NCBI GenBank assembly: GCA_964347715.1
Contig: CAYGAO010000001.1
Coordinates: forward strand, 1 to 41,406
DNA from: an uncultured Acidobacteriota bacterium
Lineage (GTDB): Bacteria > Acidobacteriota > Vicinamibacteria > Marinacidobacterales > Marinacidobacteraceae
Direction of reading: 5' to 3'
DNA length: 41,406 nucleotides
The translations under genes were made by a program, and so were the position numbers. The notes under the pieces are model-generated. The model had not been told where the DNA came from, did no database searches, and saw only the letters and a list, made by a program, of their open reading frames with translations. Each line of letters opens with the position of its first letter. The stretch's first letter is position 1. This document shows positions 28,035-36,925 of the stretch, piece by piece.

Positions 28035-28609
28035 GGATCCTCGCGGGTGAGGTCGAGAAAGTTCCGGACGAGTCGGCGACCCTCCGGGGTGAGGATGGAT
28101 TCGGGATGGAATTGAACGCCCCAGAGCGGTTCGCTCCGGTGCCGAAGCCCCATCACTTCACCGTCGTCCTCGGAGCGCGCGGTGACCTCCAGTTCGGCGG
28201 GCAGCGGCTCGTCGGCGACGAGCGAGTGGTAGCGCGTCGCGGCGAACGGGTCGTCAAGGCCCGCGAACAGTTCCGCGCGATTATGGCGCACCGGGGAAGT
28301 CTTGCCGTGGACGAGGCGGCGCGCGCGGCGGATCCTTCCGCCGAACGCCCGCGCCACCGACTGGTGTCCGAGACAGACGCCGAGGATCGGAACCTTCCCG
28401 GCGAGGGTCCGGACGAGCTCCACCGAGATTCCGGCGCGGTCCGGGACCCCCGGGCCGGGCGAGATCACGATCCGGCGCGGGGCGAGCGCTCGCACCTCGG
28501 CGACCGTCAGCGCGTCGTTCCGGACGACCCGCGGCGCCCCGCCGAGCTCGCCGAGCAGTTGCACCAGGTTGAAGGTGAAGGAGTCGTAGTTGTCGAGGAC
28601 GAGGGTCAT
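28031..28609 (-). CDS. trpG: Anthranilate synthase component II (glutamine amidotransferase)
   Basis: MTLVLDNYDSFTFNLVQ, ISPGPG, ILGVCLGHQ, GVQFHPES. Confidence 0.93.
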   Translation of the reverse strand: MTLVLDNYDSFTFNLVQLLGELGGAPRVVRNDALTVAEVRALAPRRIVISPGPGVPDRAGISVELVRTLAGKVPILGVCLGHQSVARAFGGRIRRARRLVHGKTSPVRHNRAELFAGLDDPFAATRYHSLVADEPLPAELEVTARSEDDGEVMGLRHRSEPLWGVQFHPESILTPEGRRLVRNFLDLTREDP

Positions 28610-28639
28610 CGGGAGCGAGGTGGGGCCGTCAGGCGTCAG

Positions 28640-28848
28640 CAGCCGGTGGACGAGGCGCCCCGCAGGGGAATCCGTCCTCGAAGAGATGGGGAACCCCGTC
28701 GTCCGGGCGGATGCGGGGCGCTTTCCCCACCGGATGGCGGCCCGAATCGCTGGCGCGATCCGCTCCGCCCTCCTTCGCGGGGAGGGAGGACCCTCCCCGG
28801 CGGCGCTTCGCGCCGCGTCGGCGCCTGAGGGACCTTCTCCACAGCCTG
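28640..28848 (-). mobile_element. MITE-like structured repeat, copy 5 (complete, 209 bp)
   Basis: Direct TCAG repeats at 28636-28639 and 28849-28852. The right one contains the trpE stop codon. The element sits between trpE and trpG. Confidence 0.9.
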
Positions 28849-30360
28849 TCAGGCGAGCCCCGAGTGGGCCATGCGGAGCGCGGCCAGCACCGCGTCCGCC
28901 TTCCGGCAGCTCTCCTCGTACTCGGCGGCCGGGTCCGAGTCGGCGACCACGCCCCCGCCGGCCTGGAAGGTGCCGATCCCGTCCTGCGCCACCAGGGTGC
29001 GGATGGCGATCGCGGTGTCGGAGGCGCCGCTGTAGGAGAAGTACCCCACCGCCCCGCCGTACACCCCGCGTCGCTCGCCCTCGAGATCCTCGATGATCTC
29101 CATCGCCCGGATCTTGGGCGCTCCCGAGAGCGTGCCGGCGGGAAAGGTGGCGCGCAGGCAGTCGAAGGCGTCGAGCCCGGGGCGCACCCGGCCCCGGACC
29201 CGCGAGACGAGGTGCATCACATGCGAGTAGCGCTCGATGCTCATGAAGTCCTCGACCTCGACCTGGCCGTAGCCGGCGACGCGGCCGACATCGTTCCGGG
29301 CGAGATCCACGAGCATCAGGTGTTCGGCGCGCTCCTTCTCGTCGGCGAGGAGCTCCCCGGCGAGCCGGGCGTCCTCCCCGGGGGTGCGCCCCCGGGGGCG
29401 GGTGCCGGCGATCGGGCGGGTCTCGACCGCGCCCGAGGCGGTGCGGGTCATCATCTCGGGGGAGGCGCCGGCGACCACGAGGCCGCCGAAATCGAGGTAG
29501 TACATGTAAGGAGAGGGATTCACCACCCGGAGCGCCCGATAGAACCCGAACGGGTGGACGGACATCGGCGTCCGGAACCGCTGCGAGGGGACGACCTGGA
29601 TGATGTCGCCGGCGGCCACATGCTCCTTGGCGCGGCGCACCATCTCGAGATATCCGGCGCGGGTCCGGTTCGACTCCGGTTCCGGGAAGGACGCGTTCGC
29701 CGCCCGGACCTCGCGCTCCGGTAGCGGCGCCCGCAATTCGGCGACGGCGGCGGCGATCCGCGCCTCGGCCTCGTCGAAGGCCGCATCCGCCGCCCTCGGA
29801 TCGGGGACGCGCGCGTTCGCCACCACCTGGATCACGTTCCTCGCCCGGTCGAAGACGAGGACCGTGTCGGTGAGCAGGAAGGCGGCGTCGGGCAGCCCGA
29901 GCGGGTCCGCCGCGGTCTCGGGCAGCCGCTCGAAACGGCGCGCGGCGTCGTAGCCCAGGTAGCCGACGAAACCCCCGTGGAACGGGGGCAGCCCCTCCAC
30001 CGGCGCCGGGCGGACCTCGGCGAGCATCTCCCGCAGCACCTCGAGGGGATCGGCGTTCGGGAGCGCCTCGGTCCGGCCCTCCCGGAGAAAGCGGCGCCGG
30101 ACCTCGTTCCCCCGGCTCTCCACGAGGACCAGCGGGTCCGATCCGAGAAACGAGTAGCGTGCGACCGCCTCGCCCCCTTCGACGGATTCCATCAGGAAGG
30201 CCGGGCCGCGGTTCCCCACCCGGAGGAAGGCGGAGACCGGGGTGTCGCAGTCGGCGAGGATCTCCCGGCGGACCGGGATCAGGTTCCCCCGGCGGGCGAG
30301 CGCCCGGAATTCGGAGCGCGACGGAACGAGCGGCGGATCGGACGCGGTGGCGGCAGGCAC
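28849..30360 (-). CDS. trpE: Anthranilate synthase component I
   Basis: LIPVRREILADCDTPVSAF, a C-terminal chorismate-binding domain, GTLSGAPKIRAMEII, GGAVGY. Confidence 0.94.
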   Translation of the reverse strand: MPAATASDPPLVPSRSEFRALARRGNLIPVRREILADCDTPVSAFLRVGNRGPAFLMESVEGGEAVARYSFLGSDPLVLVESRGNEVRRRFLREGRTEALPNADPLEVLREMLAEVRPAPVEGLPPFHGGFVGYLGYDAARRFERLPETAADPLGLPDAAFLLTDTVLVFDRARNVIQVVANARVPDPRAADAAFDEAEARIAAAVAELRAPLPEREVRAANASFPEPESNRTRAGYLEMVRRAKEHVAAGDIIQVVPSQRFRTPMSVHPFGFYRALRVVNPSPYMYYLDFGGLVVAGASPEMMTRTASGAVETRPIAGTRPRGRTPGEDARLAGELLADEKERAEHLMLVDLARNDVGRVAGYGQVEVEDFMSIERYSHVMHLVSRVRGRVRPGLDAFDCLRATFPAGTLSGAPKIRAMEIIEDLEGERRGVYGGAVGYFSYSGASDTAIAIRTLVAQDGIGTFQAGGGVVADSDPAAEYEESCRKADAVLAALRMAHSGLA

Positions 30361-30804
30361 GGCAGCGGCCGAATTGTAGGAGCGGCGCCGGATCTCCCTC
30401 CGCCGTCCGGCGGCGGAACTCGGCGGTGGACCGGGAGATCGGGGAAGTCCGGGCGGGTCGGGACGCGATCGCCGCCGTGATCGGGAACCGGCCTCCGGCC
30501 TTCCCGTCCGGGACGCCCCGCGGGAGGAACGGGTGATCGGCCGGGGGCGCCGAGGTGGTCGGACTGCTCGTGCGGCCCTCGCGCGCCGGGGAGAAATCCC
30601 CGTTCGCGCCGAAGGGCGGGGCGGCGGCGCCCGGATGGTTCGGTTTCGTTACCGATCGCGCTTCGGGCGCGCGGCGCGCGGATGGCGGGCGCGACCGCCA
30701 GCTCGAGGTCGCGACAGCCGTGGCGCGCGACGACCCCCACCGCTCGACCAGGCGGAAACCCGCGTGGCGGCGCGGTCGGAGGACGCGAGCGCCTCCGAAA
30801 GGGG

Positions 30805-32211
30805 CTACCGCCCGATCAGCCCGGCGAGCGCCCGGACCGCCCGCGCCGCCTCCGCCCCCGAGGCGAAGTCCCGCGGGCGGAACGACCCTTCGTCCGAGAC
30901 GGGGAGGAGGCCGAGCGCGACGACGACGCCTGCCGCCTCCCGGTCCCGGTGCCCCGGGGGGAGGTCGGCCAGCTCGAGTCCGGACGCCTTCGCCCGCGCC
31001 GCCTCCAGCGTCTCGGGAGCGAGCGCCCGGAGCCCCGCCGCGAGCGACTCGGCGAGTTCGGACCGGCGCACGAAGGCGCGCGGCTTGAAGGTGTGATCGG
31101 GGAAGAGGCTCAGGTAGCCCGCGCCGACCGAGGCCACGATCAGGTTCTGCGCCCAGCTCCGCTCGATGTCGATCGCGATCACCGGCGTCCCGGACCCGTT
31201 CGCGTCTCCCGCCCGTTCGGCAGAAGCCCCGAGCTCCACGGCGAGGAGCGCCGCGAGTTCTTCACGGGTCACCCGCTCCGCTTCCGGAATCTGCGCGTAA
31301 CTCTCCGGCAGCCTCGCGATCTCGAGACGGAGCCCGAGCGCCCGGGCGCGCTCGGCCAGATCGGCGTGGCGGCCGAGTCGGGCGTCCGCCGTCATCCGGT
31401 CGAGGCGTTCGAGACTCCCGGAGAGATCCCCCGCGGCCTCGAGCATCCCGGCGGCGAGGAGCCCGGCGGTCAGCGCCTGCCGCTCGCCCGCCGCCGGACT
31501 CGCCGCGACCGCGTCGAACCACTCGCGGGCGCTCTCACCCGTTCCGGCGGCCTCGGCGGCCTCGAAGAACAGATCGGGAGAATCGGGGATCACCTCGATC
31601 GCCGCCCGGTAGGCCTCGGTGACGGCGGCGGGACCGGCCCCGCCCCGCGCCGCCTCGCGGGCCGCGTCGAGGCGGGACTCGGCGATGTCGAGGGTCAGCG
31701 CGGGCAGGCGTTCGGTGACCAGCGCAGCGCCGGGTTCGAGTTCGGCGAGCCGGCGGAGCCGCGCGAAGAGCGCCTCCGGATCCGGCCCGTCGAGCACCGT
31801 GAGCACGCTCCCGAGCGCGGGGAGGGAGTCCGGTGGAGAGTGCCGGAGCGCTCGTTCGAACAGGGGGTCGGCCGCCTCGATCCGGCCGCTGCGGAGCGCG
31901 AGAAAGCCCGCGGCGGTCAGCACGCCGGGATCCTCCGGGGCGCGCTCCCGGAGCCCCGCGAGGAGCCCCCGGGCCTCCCCGAGCCGCCCGGAGACGACGA
32001 GGCGCCAGCCCTCGGCGAGGGTGCTCCCCTCGCGGGCGGCGAGCCCGGGTCCCGGCGTCGGCGTCCGGTCCCCGACATGCCGCCAGCCGTCGAACGGCAC
32101 GACGGGAACCTCCGGCGCCGGCCGGGCGCAGCCCGAGACGAGCGAGAGCGCGACCAGCCCGAGGGCGACCTCGGGGAGGCTGGCCGCGCGACGCCGCCGG
32201 AGCGAACACAT
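30805..32211 (-). CDS. Lipoprotein with TPR-like region and C-terminal SLH-like repeats
   Basis: Lipobox LVSGC. C-terminal segments resemble S-layer homology repeats: RVTREELAALLAVEL, FPDHTFKPRAFVRRSELAESL, SFRPRDFASGAEAARAV. Confidence 0.65.
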   Translation of the reverse strand: MCSLRRRRAASLPEVALGLVALSLVSGCARPAPEVPVVPFDGWRHVGDRTPTPGPGLAAREGSTLAEGWRLVVSGRLGEARGLLAGLRERAPEDPGVLTAAGFLALRSGRIEAADPLFERALRHSPPDSLPALGSVLTVLDGPDPEALFARLRRLAELEPGAALVTERLPALTLDIAESRLDAAREAARGGAGPAAVTEAYRAAIEVIPDSPDLFFEAAEAAGTGESAREWFDAVAASPAAGERQALTAGLLAAGMLEAAGDLSGSLERLDRMTADARLGRHADLAERARALGLRLEIARLPESYAQIPEAERVTREELAALLAVELGASAERAGDANGSGTPVIAIDIERSWAQNLIVASVGAGYLSLFPDHTFKPRAFVRRSELAESLAAGLRALAPETLEAARAKASGLELADLPPGHRDREAAGVVVALGLLPVSDEGSFRPRDFASGAEAARAVRALAGLIGR

Positions 32212-32224
32212 GCTCCGAGTCTAG

Positions 32225-32335
32225 CGGGCTGTGGAGAACGTCCCTCGCGCGACGACGCGGCGCGGAGCGCCGCCGGGGAGGGTCCTCCCTCCCTGCGAAA
32301 GACGGCGGAACGGATCGCGCAAGCGATTCGGGGGC
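32225..32335 (+). mobile_element. MITE-like repeat, copy 6 (left arm only, forward)
   Basis: It matches the first ~110 nt of the family, up to the GGATCGC-GCAA-GCGATTC hairpin, and then diverges. The outer flank is CTAG (32221-32224). Confidence 0.85.
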
Positions 32336-32479
32336 CTCGCCTCCGGCGAGAAGCCGCGAGACGCTCCTGCCCGGCGCAGGGCGTCGCCGCAGGGGAGGGT
32401 TCCCGAAGAAAGCCGCCGCCCCGAGGGGCGGCGCCGGGGATCGGCCCGGAGAGATCGCCGCCCCCTCCGGCGCGGCCAC

Positions 32480-32485
32480 TAGAAT
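32480..32485 (+). promoter_or_regulatory. Candidate -10 box TAGAAT placed 6 nt before the ATG (possible leaderless transcript)
   Basis: TAGAAT at 32480-32485, then CCCGAA, then ATG 32492. No Shine-Dalgarno sequence is visible. Confidence 0.3.
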
Positions 32486-32491
32486 CCCGAA

Positions 32492-33382
32492 ATGCGCCAT
32501 CTCCCGCTTCTTCTCGCTCTCTTGTGGTCGACCTCCGGCGGCGCGGCCCCGCAGTCCGAAGACGCCGAACGCCGGATCCTGGAGCACATCCGCGACACGA
32601 TGCAGCCCGGCGAGCGCGTCCTGCTCTCCCCGCTCGTCGAGCGCTTCCAGGCTCCCGACGAGCAGCGCGCCCTCGACCGGCTGAACGATGTGTTCTTCCG
32701 GATGCCGCTCTTCATCGTCGAGTTCGAGGGCCGGGAGGGGCGGCTCCCCTCGCTCGCCGAGGTCTCCGGCCAGTTCTCGCTCTACGGCGAGGAGGCGGCC
32801 GACATCGTGCTCCGCATCATGGAATCCGATCCCCGCGTCCCGAAGTTCCTCGTCCGGGACGGGCAGGGCGCGCTCGTCTCGATCGATCAGGATCTGGTGC
32901 GGGCGGACGAGCGGTTCGCGCGCGCGGTGAGCCGCAGCCTGACCGGTTGGGAAGGGCGGACGCTCCCCGAGATCGCCGGCGAGCGCTTCGGCGGCGGCGA
33001 GGCGGCGGTGGCGGACCTGATGGAAGACGCCACCCTCGTCTATGTGTGGTTCACGGATTGTCCGCCCTGCGTCCAGATCGCTCCGGTTCTCGGAGCCCTC
33101 CACCGGGATCTCGCCGGCGACGGGCTCCGCATCGTCGGGCTGAACGCCGACCGGGTGCTCAAGCTGCCCTACACCGACGAGGACCGCGCGGCGCGTCAGG
33201 AGAAGGCGGGGGTGAGCTTCGAGAACCTGCACCTGACCGACGAGGCGAGGGCCGCGCTCGGGAACGTGAACATCTTCCCGACCCTGTTCCTCGCCCGGCG
33301 GGACGGGACGATCGTCCGCCACTTCGTGAACTTCCAGCCGCGCGAGACGCTCGAACCCGCGATCCGGGAACTCCTCCCGTAG
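32492..33382 (+). CDS. Secreted TlpA-like thioredoxin-fold protein (CPPC) with N-terminal domain of unknown function
   Basis: Signal peptide MRHLPLLLALLWSTSGGAA. C-terminal thioredoxin fold: VYVWFTDCPPCVQIAPVL...IVGLNAD...FPTLFLARRDG. Confidence 0.8.
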   Translation: MRHLPLLLALLWSTSGGAAPQSEDAERRILEHIRDTMQPGERVLLSPLVERFQAPDEQRALDRLNDVFFRMPLFIVEFEGREGRLPSLAEVSGQFSLYGEEAADIVLRIMESDPRVPKFLVRDGQGALVSIDQDLVRADERFARAVSRSLTGWEGRTLPEIAGERFGGGEAAVADLMEDATLVYVWFTDCPPCVQIAPVLGALHRDLAGDGLRIVGLNADRVLKLPYTDEDRAARQEKAGVSFENLHLTDEARAALGNVNIFPTLFLARRDGTIVRHFVNFQPRETLEPAIRELLP

Positions 33383-33385
33383 CAG

Positions 33386-33498
33386 GGCGGCCCGAATCGC
33401 TTGCGCGATCCGTTCCGCCGTCTTTCGCGGGGAGGGCGGACCCTCCCGGGCGGCGCTTCGCGTCGCGTCGGCGCGCGAGGGACTTTCTCCACAGCCTG
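33386..33498 (-). mobile_element. MITE-like repeat, copy 7 (left arm only, inverted relative to copy 6)
   Basis: Its reverse complement matches the first ~113 nt of the family and breaks at almost the same internal point as copy 6. The outer flank is GTAG (33499-33502). Confidence 0.85.
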
Positions 33499-33548
33499 GT
33501 AGCGCGCCGGGGCGCCGTCGCCCCCGGCGCGTGACCGCGCTCCGCGTC

Positions 33549-33577
33549 TTGACAAGGGTTCACTCACATCTTATACT
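33549..33577 (+). promoter_or_regulatory. dnaK promoter TTGACA-17 nt-TATACT with overlapping partial HAIR-like (HspR operator) sequence
   Basis: TTGACA at 33549-33554 and TATACT at 33572-33577, in a locally AT-richer stretch. CTTGACA-N7-ACTCACA at 33548-33568 matches 10 of 14 positions of CTTGAGT-N7-ACTCAAG. Confidence 0.6.
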
Positions 33578-33645
33578 TCGCGGCAACTAAGGACCGGGTG
33601 TTCCGGTCCTTGATCTCTACTCTTCATCAGGAGTTTCAGGAAGGC

Positions 33646-35571
33646 ATGAGCAGGATCATCGGCATCGACCTCGGCACCACGAACTCGGTGGTCGCGGTGA
33701 TCGAGGGCGGCCAGCCCACGATCATCCCGAACGCCGAGGGTGGGCGGACCACCGCTTCGGTCGTGGGCATCTCGAAGTCGGGCGAACGGCTCGTCGGCGA
33801 GGTGGCGAAGCGGCAGGCGATCACGAACCCGAAGAACACGGTCTTTTCGATCAAGCGGTTCATGGGGCGGCGCTTCGACGAAGCCGCCTCGGAGCGCGAC
33901 CAGGCCCCCTACGAGATCCGCAGGAAGGACGACGGCGGGGTCGAGGTCGAGATGGGCGACAAGCGCTACACCCCGCCCGAGATCTCGGCGATGGTGCTCC
34001 AGAAGATGAAGTCGTCCGCCGAGAAGTACCTCGGCGAGACCGTCGAGCGGGCGGTGATCACCGTGCCGGCCTACTTCAACGACTCCCAGCGCCAGGCGAC
34101 GAAGGACGCCGGCGAGATCGCCGGGCTCGAGGTCGTCCGGATCGTGAACGAGCCGACGGCCGCCGCGCTGGCCTACGGGCTCGAGAAGCAGAAGAGCGAG
34201 AAGATCGCCGTGTACGACTTCGGCGGCGGCACCTTCGACATCTCGATCCTCGAGGTGGGCGAAGGGGTCGTCGAGGTGCGTTCCACGAACGGCGACACCT
34301 ACCTCGGCGGCGACGACCTCGACAAGCGGGTCATGGACTGGATCGTCAGGGAGTTCCGGAAGTCGGACGGGATCGATCTCGGCGCCGACCGGATGGCCCT
34401 CCAGCGGCTCCGGGATGCGGCGGAGAAGGCGAAGGTCGAACTCTCGACCACCCACGAGACCGAGATCAACCTGCCGTTCATCACCGCGGACGCTTCGGGC
34501 CCGAAACATCTCACCCTGACGCTCTCGCGCTCGAAGCTCGAGGCGCTCATCGGGGACCTCCTCGAACGGACCCGGAAGCCCTGCCTCCAGGCGCTCGAGG
34601 ACGCGGGCCTCCGGAACGACTCGGTGGACGAGGTGGTGCTCGTCGGCGGCACCACGCGGATCCCGCGCGTCCAGGAGCTCGCGAAGGAGATCTTCGGCGC
34701 CGAGCCCCACCAGGGGGTGAATCCCGACGAGGTGGTGGCGCTCGGCGCCGCGATCCAGGCCGGGGTGCTCGGCGGGGATGTGAAGGATCTGCTCCTCCTC
34801 GATGTGACCCCGCTCTCGCTCGGCATCGAGACGCTCGGCGGAGTCTTCACCCGGCTGATCGAGCGGAACACGACGATCCCGCACAAGGCGAACGATGTGT
34901 TCTCGACGGCGAGCGACAACCAGCCCCAGGTGGAAGTCCATGTGCTCCAGGGCGAGCGGTCCATGGCGTCGGACAACCGCACGCTCGGCAAGTTCACCCT
35001 GACCGGGATCCCGCCAGCGCCCCGCGGGATGCCGCAGATCGAGGTCACCTTCGACATCGATGCGAACGGCATCGTGAACGTCTCCGCGAAGGACCGGGCG
35101 ACCGGCCGCGAGCAGGCGATCACGATCACCGCCTCGAGCGGCCTCACGAAGGAAGAGATCGAGACGATGAAGCAGGAGGCGTCCCGGAACGAGGAAGCCG
35201 ACAAGACCCGCCGCGAGGAAGTGGAGTTCCGGAACGAGACCGATTCGCTCGTCCACCAGGTCGAGAAGCTCCTGAACGAGAACCGCGACAAGGTCGAGGA
35301 ACCCGACCGCACCCGGATCGAGAGCGCGATCTCGACGGCGCGGGCCGCGCTCGCCGGAGACGACCTCGACAAGATCCGCGCGGTCCGCTCCGAGGTGGAG
35401 TCGGCGAGCCACCGACTCGCCGAGGTCATGTACCAGAAGACGGCGGCGTCCGCGCCGGGCGAGGCCGGAGCCGACGCGCCGCCGCCTCCGCCGCCGCCGC
35501 GACGGAAGAAGAGCAAGGGGAACGGCGCCGCGGACGACATCATCGACGCGGAGGTCGTGAACGACAGCTGA
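33646..35571 (+). CDS. dnaK: Chaperone DnaK (Hsp70)
   Basis: [23 protein letters not shown] (here [11 protein letters not shown]), [17 protein letters not shown] lies upstream of ATG 33646. Confidence 0.97.
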   Translation: MSRIIGIDLGTTNSVVAVIEGGQPTIIPNAEGGRTTASVVGISKSGERLVGEVAKRQAITNPKNTVFSIKRFMGRRFDEAASERDQAPYEIRRKDDGGVEVEMGDKRYTPPEISAMVLQKMKSSAEKYLGETVERAVITVPAYFNDSQRQATKDAGEIAGLEVVRIVNEPTAAALAYGLEKQKSEKIAVYDFGGGTFDISILEVGEGVVEVRSTNGDTYLGGDDLDKRVMDWIVREFRKSDGIDLGADRMALQRLRDAAEKAKVELSTTHETEINLPFITADASGPKHLTLTLSRSKLEALIGDLLERTRKPCLQALEDAGLRNDSVDEVVLVGGTTRIPRVQELAKEIFGAEPHQGVNPDEVVALGAAIQAGVLGGDVKDLLLLDVTPLSLGIETLGGVFTRLIERNTTIPHKANDVFSTASDNQPQVEVHVLQGERSMASDNRTLGKFTLTGIPPAPRGMPQIEVTFDIDANGIVNVSAKDRATGREQAITITASSGLTKEEIETMKQEASRNEEADKTRREEVEFRNETDSLVHQVEKLLNENRDKVEEPDRTRIESAISTARAALAGDDLDKIRAVRSEVESASHRLAEVMYQKTAASAPGEAGADAPPPPPPPRRKKSKGNGAADDIIDAEVVNDS

Positions 35572-35774
35572 CAGCCGGTGGATAGAGCGCCCTGCATGGG
35601 AATCCGTCCTCGAAGAGATGGGGAACCCCATCGTCCGGGCGGATGCGGGGCGCCTTCCCGACAGGATGGCGGCCGGAATCGCTTGCGCGATCCGTTCCGC
35701 CCGCTTTCGCGGGGAGGGAGGACTCTCCCCGCACCCCTCCGCGTCGGCGCGCGAGGGACTTTCTCCACCGCCTG
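35572..35774 (-). mobile_element. MITE-like structured repeat, copy 8 (complete, 203 bp; net 6 nt shorter than the 209-bp copies)
   Basis: Direct CTGA repeats at 35568-35571 (this one includes the dnaK stop) and 35775-35778. The element sits between dnaK and dnaJ. Confidence 0.9.
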
Positions 35775-35791
35775 CTGAGGCGCTGGCGGCG

Positions 35792-36925
35792 ATGCCTCCT
35801 TCCCCGGACTACTACGAGCTCCTGGGAGTCGAGCGCACCGCGGATGTTCTCCGGATCCGCCGGGCCTATCGGCGTCTCGCCCGCCGGATGCATCCCGACC
35901 TGAACCCGAACGACCGGGTCGTCGCCGAGCAGTTTCGGGAGATCCGGCGAGCCTTCGAGGTGCTCGGGGACCCCGAGCGGCGCGCCGACTACGACCGCCT
36001 CGGGGAGACCGAGCCGGCGCCCCCGCGGGCCGGCGCGGTCCACTACGGGTTCGCCGGCTTCGACTTCGGCCGGGAGCCGGCGCCGGACGACGGGGCGCTC
36101 AAGGAGATCCTGGGCCATCGCCCCGAGGCGCCGTCCGGGCCGTCGCCCGCCGAGGCCGACCTGCACGCGCGGGTCCGGATCTCCTTCGTCGAGTCGCTCG
36201 CGAGCCAGCAGGTCCGGCTCCGCGTGAACCGGCGGCTCGCGTGCGAGCCCTGTGGCGGTCGCGGCGAGCGGCCGGTCGCCGAGGCGGCCGCGCCGGGGTT
36301 CGAATGCCCCGACTGCGGCGGCGGCGGACGGCGTCTCCGCCACCACGGTCACATGGTCTTCCAGCGGCCCTGTCGGCGCTGCCGGGGCCGGGGGGCCCTC
36401 TACCTGGCCCGGTGCGGCGCCTGCGCCGGCCGCGGGTATCGCGAGCGGCCGGTCCGGGTGGTCGCGCGCCTTCCCGCGGGCGTCGAGGGCGGCGCCACCG
36501 TAGTCGTCGAGGGGGCCGGCCACGAGCGGCGGTCGGGCGAGCCGCCGGGCGACCTGAAACTCCATGTCGAGGTCGCCCCGCACGCGGTCCTCGAACGTCG
36601 CGGCGACAATCTGATCTGTCCGCTGCCCCTGACCTTCGCCGAGGCGTCGCTCGGCGGCCGGATCGAAGTGCCGACGCTCACCGGTCCGGTCACGGTCCGC
36701 CTGCCGCCCGGGGTGCAGCCGGGAACCCGGATCCGCCTCGTCGGACGGGGGGTCCCCTCGACCCGGGGCGAAGGGCGCGGCGACCTCTTCCTCGAGGCGC
36801 GGGTCGAAATCCCGAAGATCCACGACGACCGCTCGCGCGATCTGGTGCGCGAACTCGAGCGCCGCTACCCGGCTTCTCCGCGCGCCGCGCTCGCCGACGA
36901 GCTCGGCGCGGAGAAACCCGCGTGA
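35792..36925 (+). CDS. dnaJ: Co-chaperone DnaJ
   Basis: J domain DYYELLGV...[14 protein letters not shown]. Four CxxCxGxG zinc motifs: [32 protein letters not shown]. Confidence 0.93.
   Translation: MPPSPDYYELLGVERTADVLRIRRAYRRLARRMHPDLNPNDRVVAEQFREIRRAFEVLGDPERRADYDRLGETEPAPPRAGAVHYGFAGFDFGREPAPDDGALKEILGHRPEAPSGPSPAEADLHARVRISFVESLASQQVRLRVNRRLACEPCGGRGERPVAEAAAPGFECPDCGGGGRRLRHHGHMVFQRPCRRCRGRGALYLARCGACAGRGYRERPVRVVARLPAGVEGGATVVVEGAGHERRSGEPPGDLKLHVEVAPHAVLERRGDNLICPLPLTFAEASLGGRIEVPTLTGPVTVRLPPGVQPGTRIRLVGRGVPSTRGEGRGDLFLEARVEIPKIHDDRSRDLVRELERRYPASPRAALADELGAEKPA

Noticed and set aside
30279-30740. ORF 30279..30740(-) and the plus-strand ORFs in the trpE upstream gap considered as real genes or a trp leader peptide.
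   Set aside because: There are no tandem Trp codons, no ribosome-binding site and no motif. ORF 30279..30740(-) runs out of frame into trpE.
33548-33568. A CIRCE element (HrcA operator) upstream of dnaK.
   Set aside because: No TTAGCACTC-N9-GAGTGCTAA-like sequence is present. Only a partial HAIR-like match was found.
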